The position numbers were made by a program, and so were the translations under genes. This document shows positions 57,095 through 64,000 of a stretch of 64,000 nt of DNA, one piece after another; position 1 is the stretch's first letter; every line of letters begins with the position of its first letter. The notes beneath the pieces are model-generated. The model saw only the letters and a program-made list of their open reading frames with translations. It was not told the DNA's origin and made no database searches. This stretch comes from an uncultured Rhodobacteraceae bacterium (GTDB lineage Bacteria > Pseudomonadota > Alphaproteobacteria > Rhodobacterales > Rhodobacteraceae), in contig CALICM010000045.1 in the NCBI GenBank assembly GCA_938049225.1, positions 33,114 to 97,113 on the forward strand, written 5' to 3'.

Positions 57095-58345
57095 ATGCCG
57101 ACCGAGGTGATCTTGCCCAAGGTCGACATGGATATGACCAGCGGTCGGATTGTCACCTGGCACGTGGCCGAAGGCGCCGTGGTTTCCCAAGGCGCGCCGC
57201 TGTTCGACATCGAAACCGACAAAGCCGCGATGGAGGTGGAAAGCCCCGCCTCAGGCCGCGTGCATCATCAAGCGGCGCTGGGCATCGAAGTCGCGATCGG
57301 GACCGTGGTGGCTTGGATCTATGCGGAAGGTGAGGCCGTGGGTCCGCCGCCGGAGCACGTCACAGAGAAGCCGGTGCCACGGACGTCAACAGCCGATGCG
57401 CCCCGCCAGATCGCCGTACCACACACGGATCTCCAAAAACCTCGTGCAACACCGGCTGCGCGCAAAGCGGCGCGGGATCTGGGTCTTGACCTGGCGACAG
57501 TTTCCGGCACTGGCCCGCGCGGGCGGGTGATGCGCGGCGACGTGGGCCCTATATCGGGGCTCAACGCAGAGTCCGGCACGTTGGCGGTGATCCGCGATGG
57601 GGGGACGCGGGGCGTGCCCTTGGTTCTGCTGCACGGTTTGGCTGGGGACCGTTATGGGTGGGAGCCGTTGATGGCGGAGCTGCCCAGCAGCCAGCCGGTC
57701 ATCCGGGTGGAATTGCCCAACCATGGGACCTCGGCGCGGATGCGGGCTGATGGGTTCTCCGATGTGCTGCGACAGCTGCGCAACACATTTGACACCTTGG
57801 ATTGTGGCCCCGTGCATCTGGTTGGGCACTCGCTGGGCGGCGCTTTGGCGCTGGGCTTGTCCGATACACGCCCCCGGCAGGTCGCGCGTTTGACCTTGCT
57901 GGCCCCCTCCGGACTGGGGCCAGAGGTCAATGGCCCAGCGCTGGACGGGCTGATCGGCGCGACCCGCGCCGAAAGCCTGGGGCCCTGGCTGAAGGCGTTG
58001 GTGGCAGACCCAGACCTCATGACGCCCAGCTTTGTTGAGGCCGCGATGCGTCTACGCCAGGACGCCAGCCTGCGCGCGGCGCAAGCGCAGATGGCGGCGG
58101 TTCTTTTCCCGGATGGGACCCAAGCGATGGATCTCACCAGCGCCCTGGATCGGTTAGAGATGCCGACCCGAATTATCTGGGGCCGTCGCGACCGGATTGT
58201 CCCCTGGAAGCACGCCTTGCGTGCGCCGGGGCGGGTCTCGTTAAACCTGTTCGACAATGTCGGGCATTTGCCACATATCGAAGCGGCGGCGGCGGTTGCG
58301 CGGTTTTTGATGCCCGCCGATCAGGAGGTTTTGAGTGGGGACTAA
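57095..58345 (+). CDS. AcoC-type E2: lipoyl domain, E3-binding domain and alpha/beta-hydrolase-fold domain
   Basis: Lipoyl-lysine motif ETDKAAMEVE; PSBD-like [28 protein letters not shown]; GHSLGG nucleophile elbow. Confidence 0.85.
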   Translation: MPTEVILPKVDMDMTSGRIVTWHVAEGAVVSQGAPLFDIETDKAAMEVESPASGRVHHQAALGIEVAIGTVVAWIYAEGEAVGPPPEHVTEKPVPRTSTADAPRQIAVPHTDLQKPRATPAARKAARDLGLDLATVSGTGPRGRVMRGDVGPISGLNAESGTLAVIRDGGTRGVPLVLLHGLAGDRYGWEPLMAELPSSQPVIRVELPNHGTSARMRADGFSDVLRQLRNTFDTLDCGPVHLVGHSLGGALALGLSDTRPRQVARLTLLAPSGLGPEVNGPALDGLIGATRAESLGPWLKALVADPDLMTPSFVEAAMRLRQDASLRAAQAQMAAVLFPDGTQAMDLTSALDRLEMPTRIIWGRRDRIVPWKHALRAPGRVSLNLFDNVGHLPHIEAAAAVARFLMPADQEVLSGD

Positions 58346-59306
58346 GCCCAAACCCCTTAAATCCGAAGCGCCAGATCCCAGCCAGCAACAACGGGTGCGT
58401 GCGGCTTGGATCTATTACGTGGAGGGGCGCACCCAAAACGAAGTCGCCGAAGCCTTGGGCCTGAACCGCATCGCTGTCACCCGCCTGTTGTCCGAAGCGC
58501 GTCGCCGGGGCGAGGTGGCAATAAGGATCACGTCGGAACTGGCGACCTCGGTCGATCTTCAGCAGCAATTGCAGGGCCGCTATGGGCTGGAAAGTGCAAT
58601 CGTAGCCCCGCTGAGCGATCCGGCCGCCGATCCCACGCGGGTGATCGCGGCGGCGGCGGGGGCACATATCTCGGACTTGATGGCCAGCAACATGACCGTC
58701 GGCGTGGGCTGGGGGCGCACCCTGCACACTGCGCTGCCCTTTATCGAAGGCCGCTCGCTCGAGAACGTACGGGTGATCTCGCTTCTGGGCGGGATCGCTC
58801 AAGCGCGGCGGTTCAACCCGGCCGAGTTCGCTTGGCAATTCGCCGAGCTTTACGACGCCGAGGGCTTTCTGGTGCCCGCCCCCGCACTTGTCGATAGCGC
58901 GCAGACCAAACATGCGCTGCTAGAGCATTGCGGGTTGGATCAGATCTTTGAGATGGCCGAGGCCAGCGATCTGGCGATTTTGAGCGCGGGGGGGATTTCG
59001 AACATCACGACGTCGTACCGCTTGGGCCATTTGACCGAGGCAGAACGCCAGTCACTCATGGCCGCGGGCGCGGTGGGCGATGTGCTTTATAATTTCATCG
59101 ACGCGCAAGGCGCCTTGGTGGATCACCCGGTGAATGATCGCGCGGTGGCGATCAGCCTCGCGCGTTTGGCACGGATCCCGCGCAAGGTTCTGATCTCGGG
59201 TGGGGCTGAAAAGGTGGCGGTGCTGCGTGCGGCGCTGTCGGCGCTGCGGCCGAACACCCTGATCACCGACGAGCAGACCGCCCTGGCACTTTTGGCGCAT
59301 GTTTGA
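58335..59306 (+). CDS. SorC/DeoR-type sugar-binding transcriptional regulator
   Basis: HTH (QNEVAEALGLNRIAVTRLLSEARRRG) plus a sugar-phosphate-binding domain. 11-nt overlap with the E2 gene. Confidence 0.85.
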   Translation: MGTKPKPLKSEAPDPSQQQRVRAAWIYYVEGRTQNEVAEALGLNRIAVTRLLSEARRRGEVAIRITSELATSVDLQQQLQGRYGLESAIVAPLSDPAADPTRVIAAAAGAHISDLMASNMTVGVGWGRTLHTALPFIEGRSLENVRVISLLGGIAQARRFNPAEFAWQFAELYDAEGFLVPAPALVDSAQTKHALLEHCGLDQIFEMAEASDLAILSAGGISNITTSYRLGHLTEAERQSLMAAGAVGDVLYNFIDAQGALVDHPVNDRAVAISLARLARIPRKVLISGGAEKVAVLRAALSALRPNTLITDEQTALALLAHV

Positions 59307-59374
59307 GCCAGCGGATGCAGCATGGCATTGAAAAACGCCAATGGATCGGTAAGGTCGAGCCACCACCGCCGAAT

Positions 59375-59451
59375 GGCCCCTTAGCTCAACTGGATAGAGC
59401 AGCTGACTTCTAATCAGCAGGTTCCGGGTTCGAGTCCTGGAGGGGTCGCCA
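59375..59451 (+). tRNA. tRNA-Arg (anticodon TCT)
   Basis: Hand-folded: acceptor GGCCCCT/AGGGGTC (one G-U), anticodon stem GCTGA/TCAGC with loop CTTCTAA, T-arm CCGGG-TTCGAGT-CCTGG, encoded CCA. Confidence 0.93.
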
Positions 59452-59465
59452 TCTTCCCCGGATCG

Positions 59466-60464
59466 TTACGCGACTGTCTGTGCCACAGGTGCTGCCTTGA
59501 TGCAGGTCACCTGATGTCCTGGCCCGATCAGGGTCTGTGGTGGGCGCGCGGTGGCGCAATCGGGTCCCGCGATGGGGCAGCGTGTGCGAAAGACGCAGCC
59601 CGAGGGTGGGTTGAGCGGCGAGGGCAGTTCGCCTTGAAGCGCTTGGCGGTGCCGGGTGCGTTCAATGGTGGGATCGGGGATCGGGACCGAGGCGATCAGG
59701 GCCTGGGAATAGGGGTGGTGCGGGGATTGGATCAAAGTGTCGGCGGCCGCCTGCTCCATCATCCGGCCCAGGTACATGACCATGATCCTGTCCGAGATAT
59801 GGTTTACCACGCTCAGATCATGCGCGATAAAGATCAGCGCCAGGTCCATCTCGCGTTGCAACTCGCGCAACAGGTTGATCACCTGTGCCTGAACCGACAC
59901 ATCAAGGGCCGAGACCGGCTCGTCACAGATCACCAGCTTGGGCCTGAGGATCAGCGCGCGGGCGATGCCGATGCGTTGGCACTGGCCGCCCGAGAACTCA
60001 TGCGGGTAGCGGTTGATCAGATTGGGCAGCAGGCCGACGCGGTCCATCAGCGCGCGCACCCGGTCGCGGCCCTCCGACCTGGGGGTATTGGGGAAGTGGG
60101 TCATCAGCGGCTCGGCGATGATCTCGCCCACCGTCATACGGGGGTTCAGCGCGGCCAGCGGGTCTTGAAAGATCATCTGGACGTCTTTGCGATGGGTCCG
60201 CCGCTCGCGCGGGCTGAGGGCAAGCAGATCCTTGCCCTGCCACAGGACTTTGCCCGCGCGGGCGGGCACGGTGCCGATCACCGCGCGCGCCAACGTGGAT
60301 TTGCCCGAGCCGCTTTCGCCGACCACACCCAAAGTTTGTCCCGCGGCCAGTTCGAACGACATGTCCGAGACCGCGTAAAGTGTGCGTGGTTTGGTCCAGG
60401 GCCAGTCGCCGGGTTGCGGCACGTCGAACGTGACAGTCAGGGCGTCAACCTTCAGCAGGGTCAT
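59466..60464 (-). CDS. Peptide (Dpp/Opp-type) ABC transporter ATP-binding protein, F-type
   Basis: ATG at 60464 (ATGA overlap). [18 protein letters not shown]-terminal oligopeptide-ABC extension with Cys cluster. Confidence 0.9.
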   Translation of the reverse strand: MTLLKVDALTVTFDVPQPGDWPWTKPRTLYAVSDMSFELAAGQTLGVVGESGSGKSTLARAVIGTVPARAGKVLWQGKDLLALSPRERRTHRKDVQMIFQDPLAALNPRMTVGEIIAEPLMTHFPNTPRSEGRDRVRALMDRVGLLPNLINRYPHEFSGGQCQRIGIARALILRPKLVICDEPVSALDVSVQAQVINLLRELQREMDLALIFIAHDLSVVNHISDRIMVMYLGRMMEQAAADTLIQSPHHPYSQALIASVPIPDPTIERTRHRQALQGELPSPLNPPSGCVFRTRCPIAGPDCATARPPQTLIGPGHQVTCIKAAPVAQTVA

Positions 60465-61426
60465 GCCACTTGCGCCACGGGCAGGTGGCACGCGCGGGCG
60501 CGACCGGTGCCAAAGGGATCAAGGGCCGGGCGCGTGCCATGGCACTGCGGCAGGGCCTGGGCGCAACGGGGCGAAAACGGGCACCCGGCGGGCAGGTTCG
60601 ACATATCGGGCGGCTCGCCCGCGATGGTGCGCAATTCCTCGTCGGCGCGATCAAGGCGCGGGACAGCCTCAAGCAGGCCAGCGGTATAGGGGTGGCCGGG
60701 CGTGGCAAACAGCGCCTCGGTGGCGCCGCTTTCCATGATCTGGCCGCCGTACATCACCATCGTCCGCGCGCAGGACCCAGCAACAATGCCCAGGTCATGG
60801 GTGATCAGGATCATCGCGGTGCCGAACTCGGTCCGGATCTCGGCCAGCAGATCCATGATCTGCGCCTGCACCGTGACGTCCAAGGCTGTCGTCGGCTCAT
60901 CCGCGATCAGCAGGCGCGGGCGGCACAACAGGGCCATGGCGATCATCACCCGCTGGCGCATCCCGCCTGAAAACTCGTGCGGGTGCATGGTAACGCGGGA
61001 TTTCGCCTGCGCGATGCCGACCGCATCCAGCATCCGCACGGCCTCGGCCCGCGCCTCGGCCTTGGTCATCCCCTTGTGCAGGATCAAGACCTCCTCCATC
61101 TGGGCCGAGATCCGCATGTAGGGGTTGAGCGAGGTCATCGGGTCCTGAAAGATCATCGCGATTTGCTCGGCCCGGATATGGTTCAGATCCGCCTCGGATA
61201 GGGTCAACAGACCGGTTCCGTCGAACCGCACGCCACCGTTGGCCGTGCCGTTTTTGGCCAAAAGACCCATGATCGCAAAAACCGTCTGGCTTTTGCCCGA
61301 CCCGCTTTCCCCCACAATCGCCAGGGTCTCGCCCGCGTCGATGTCGAAACTGACGCCGTTCACTGCATTCACCACCCCGTCGTTGGTCTGAAAGCTGACC
61401 CTTAAATCTTGGACAGAAAGCAGCAT
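60461..61426 (-). CDS. Peptide (Dpp/Opp-type) ABC transporter ATP-binding protein, D-type
   Basis: [28 protein letters not shown]. Confidence 0.9.
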   Translation of the reverse strand: MLLSVQDLRVSFQTNDGVVNAVNGVSFDIDAGETLAIVGESGSGKSQTVFAIMGLLAKNGTANGGVRFDGTGLLTLSEADLNHIRAEQIAMIFQDPMTSLNPYMRISAQMEEVLILHKGMTKAEARAEAVRMLDAVGIAQAKSRVTMHPHEFSGGMRQRVMIAMALLCRPRLLIADEPTTALDVTVQAQIMDLLAEIRTEFGTAMILITHDLGIVAGSCARTMVMYGGQIMESGATEALFATPGHPYTAGLLEAVPRLDRADEELRTIAGEPPDMSNLPAGCPFSPRCAQALPQCHGTRPALDPFGTGRARACHLPVAQVA

Positions 61427-62346
61427 CAGCGGTCCTTAGGGTCGAGTGCATCGCGCAGCCCGTCGCCCAGGAAAAACAGGCTGAAGAGCGTGATCACGAA
61501 GAAAAAGAGCGGCACCAGCAGCATCCACAGCGTGCCATAGAACATCTGCGAGGCGCCTGCGGCCAGCAGCGCGCCCCAGCTTGTGCTGGGTTCTTGCACG
61601 CCCAGGCCCAGAAAGCTGACGAAGCTTTCAAAGATGATCATATTGGGCACCAACAGGGTGGCATAGACGATCACAACGCCCAGCAGGTTGGGAACGATAT
61701 GGCGCAGGATGATGCGCCAGGTGGGCACGCCGGTGGCAATCGCGGCTTCGACAAACTCTTTGTTTTTAATGCTCAGGGTCTGGCCCCGGACGATGCGGGC
61801 CATATCGAGCCAGGAAATAAGCCCGATGCCGATAAAGAGCATGATCAGCGAGCGGCCGAACATCACCAGCAGGATGATCAGCACGAACATATAGGGGACC
61901 GCGATCAGAATATCGACAAAGCGCATCATGATGTTGTCAATGCGCCCGCCCAGATAGCCGGCGGTGGCGCCATAAAGTGTGCCGACCACCACGGCGACCA
62001 GGCTGCCGATGACGCCGACCATCAGCGACACTTGCGTGCCCTGCACCGTGCGCGCGAACAAGTCGCGGCCCAAATCATCGGCACCGAAATAGTGCCCTGT
62101 GGCGATCGATGGGCCGCCCTTTTCCTTGACCGAGCCGATGATCCCCCAGTCAATCTCTTCGTTCGACCAGGCCGCGAATTGACCGCCAAAGACCGCGAAC
62201 AGGCCAACCAGGAGCAGGACGATCAAGCTGGCGACGGCCGCTTTGTTGCGAAAGAACCGCACGCGCGCATCCGCCCACAGCGAGCGGCCCTTGATTGGGG
62301 CGTCGGCCAGATCTGCGGCCGCGGATTTGTTGATCACCAGGGCCAT
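61426..62346 (-). CDS. Peptide ABC transporter permease (DppC/OppC-like)
   Basis: 306 aa, BPD-transporter fold, 1-nt overlap with the ATPase gene. Confidence 0.88.
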   Translation of the reverse strand: MALVINKSAAADLADAPIKGRSLWADARVRFFRNKAAVASLIVLLLVGLFAVFGGQFAAWSNEEIDWGIIGSVKEKGGPSIATGHYFGADDLGRDLFARTVQGTQVSLMVGVIGSLVAVVVGTLYGATAGYLGGRIDNIMMRFVDILIAVPYMFVLIILLVMFGRSLIMLFIGIGLISWLDMARIVRGQTLSIKNKEFVEAAIATGVPTWRIILRHIVPNLLGVVIVYATLLVPNMIIFESFVSFLGLGVQEPSTSWGALLAAGASQMFYGTLWMLLVPLFFFVITLFSLFFLGDGLRDALDPKDR

Positions 62347-62348
62347 GG

Positions 62349-63272
62349 CTAATACCGGATCTTCGGGTCGATCCAGGCGTACAGAATGTCGACCAACAGA
62401 CTGAACAGGATCGTCAGCACGCCCGTCAGCACCGTGATCGCCATGATCACCGGATAGTCGCGGTTAAACGCGGCATTAACCATGAACATGCCGATGCCGC
62501 CGGTGGAAAAGATAACATCGATCACCACCGAGCCGGTGATCATGCCCACAAACGTTGGGCCCAGATACGAGATGACCGGCAGCAGCGCGGGCTTCAGCGC
62601 GTGGCGGATCACGACGCGGCGCATCGGCAGGCCCTTGGCCCGCGCTGTGCGGATGAAATTGGTATTCATCACCTCCAACATGGACGAGCGGGTGAGCCGC
62701 GCGATGGACGCCATGAACGAGGTTGCAAGGGCAATCACCGGCAGGATCACATGGTCCACCGCCCCACCGTTCCAGCCGCCGCCCGGCAGCCAGTTCAGCC
62801 AGACCGCGAAGACCAGGATCAGCACCGGGGCCATAATGAAGTTCGGCAAGACCTGTGCGCCGATGCTGATGCCCACAGCCAGATAATCCAGCCATGAATT
62901 GTGAAAGATCGCCGCCGCGATCCCCAGCCCGATCCCCACTGTCGCCGCCATCACAAAAGCCCAGAAACCATAGGTCAGCGTGACCGGAAAGCCCTGCGAG
63001 ATGATGTCGGCCACGGATTGATCCGTGTAGTAATAGGATGGGCCGAAGTCGAAGCTGAATAAAATGCCGCTCACATAGCGCCACATCTGTACCACAAAGG
63101 GTTGGTCCAGCCCGTATTTGGCATCCAGGTTGGCCATTACCTCGGGCGGCAGCGGGCGCTCGGTCGAGAACGGTGTGCCGGGGGCGGCATACATCAGACA
63201 AAAGGTCAGCACGATCAACACCAAGATGGTGGGGATCGCGACGGCCAAGCGGCGGAGGATGTAAGTTGTCAT
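62349..63272 (-). CDS. Peptide ABC transporter permease (DppB/OppB-like)
   Basis: MTTYILRRLAVAIPTILVLIVLTF ..., typical DppB N-terminus. Confidence 0.88.
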   Translation of the reverse strand: MTTYILRRLAVAIPTILVLIVLTFCLMYAAPGTPFSTERPLPPEVMANLDAKYGLDQPFVVQMWRYVSGILFSFDFGPSYYYTDQSVADIISQGFPVTLTYGFWAFVMAATVGIGLGIAAAIFHNSWLDYLAVGISIGAQVLPNFIMAPVLILVFAVWLNWLPGGGWNGGAVDHVILPVIALATSFMASIARLTRSSMLEVMNTNFIRTARAKGLPMRRVVIRHALKPALLPVISYLGPTFVGMITGSVVIDVIFSTGGIGMFMVNAAFNRDYPVIMAITVLTGVLTILFSLLVDILYAWIDPKIRY

Positions 63273-63320
63273 ATGACGCAGCGTTCTAGGCGCGGGCAGG
63301 ACCCGCGCCCAGCGGTCCGC

Positions 63321-64000
63321 TTACTCGGCCGCTACGCGATAGTGGTCTTTGACGTACCAGTTGTTCTCGACGTTGTTCAGCGGCCAGCCTTTGTAGTCGG
63401 GCTTCAGCACAAAGGCGTTGGCGTAGTGATAGATCGGCGCGATGGCCATCTCGTCCGCCAGGATTTGCTCAACCTTCGTGTACATCGGCTGTGGGTCAGC
63501 CGCGGTTTTCGAGGCCTGCATCAACTCGTCCACGCGTGCGTTCGAGTATTTGCCATCGTTCGCACCATGGGTGGTGGTCACCAAGTCCAGGAAGGTCGAC
63601 GCCTCGTTATAGTCACCGCACCAGGCCGAGCGGGCGACGTCGAACTGCTGATCACCGCGAATGTCGATATAGGTTTTCCACTCATAGTTCGACAACTCGG
63701 TGCTGACGCCCAGCTTCTGCTTCCACATTTGGCTGACAACCGTCGCGATCGCCTTGTGCGTTTCCGAGGTGTTGTAAATCAGCTTCAGCGTAATGGGGTT
63801 GTCGGGGCCATAGCCCGCCGTCGCCATTAGTTCTTTTGCTTTCGCGTCCCGTTCGGCTTGGGTCCATGTGCCATAGTCGATGTCCGGCAGATCGAACCCG
63901 GCGGTGGCGGAATGCGTGAAGTTATAGGCCGGTGTCTGACCCGCCTTCAGCACTTGATCGACGATCACGTTGCGGTCGATGGCCATTGATAGAGCCGTGC
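63321..64000 (-). CDS. Peptide/nickel ABC substrate-binding protein (family 5), C-terminal part; 5' end outside window
   Basis: Frame stays open to the window end. Family-5 SBP-like sequence downstream. Confidence 0.8.
   Translation of the reverse strand, partial: TALSMAIDRNVIVDQVLKAGQTPAYNFTHSATAGFDLPDIDYGTWTQAERDAKAKELMATAGYGPDNPITLKLIYNTSETHKAIATVVSQMWKQKLGVSTELSNYEWKTYIDIRGDQQFDVARSAWCGDYNEASTFLDLVTTTHGANDGKYSNARVDELMQASKTAADPQPMYTKVEQILADEMAIAPIYHYANAFVLKPDYKGWPLNNVENNWYVKDHYRVAAE

Overview
High-GC alphaproteobacterial chromosome segment. It looks Rhodobacterales-like, judged only from RegA-, DnaK-, MutS- and DinB-type sequences, so this is inference. No similarity search was run. All protein names come from motifs read by eye in the ORF track, and hand-read coordinates may be off by 1-2 nt.

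Layout:
- 1-11.6 kb: a LivGHMKF-type (HAAT) ABC importer plus a PaaK-like ligase. The operon carries nine extra genes: two exported paralogues, small membrane proteins, a VOC protein, a patatin-like lipoprotein and a 99-aa ORF.
- 11.7-25.4 kb: mostly housekeeping genes. These are a peptidoglycan-binding protein, rpmJ, tRNA-Val, an FGase-like gene, dinB, a cNMP-binding/TrxR-like fusion, dnaK-dnaJ, a flavoprotein and regA. Also here are a candidate sRNA with its own promoter and terminator, and a small gene-decay zone (dienelactone-hydrolase pseudogene, AlkB fragment).
- 25.5-31.4 kb: three tandem Gfo/Idh/MocA oxidoreductases followed on the same strand by a GGDEF-EAL protein, then a divergent quinone oxidoreductase.
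- 31.5-44.2 kb: mutS and uvrB bracket a roughly 7.7-kb accessory stretch. It holds a 695-aa protein with a UPF0149/YecA-like C-terminus. It also holds a decaying three-gene module: a carrier-less NRPS-type adenylation enzyme split by a 101-bp TA-flanked MITE, an intact membrane ferric-reductase/FNR-like flavoprotein, and a crotonase pseudogene. An IS481-type element with an 8-bp target duplication overlaps the uvrB stop codon.
- 44.2-64 kb: a long hairpin with a G-quadruplex/C-rich loop, and an NDUFS4-like gene. A PfkB kinase operon carries two unknown proteins. A sugar ABC importer sits divergent from a tightly overlapped operon: SAF-domain oxidoreductase, acetoin-dehydrogenase-like E1 alpha, E1 beta, AcoC-type E2 and a SorC regulator. 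tRNA-Arg and a Dpp/Opp-type peptide ABC operon follow, running off the window.

No rRNA, CRISPR array or prophage was seen. The most unusual item is the adenylation enzyme plus membrane flavoprotein plus crotonase module and the MITE that inactivates it.
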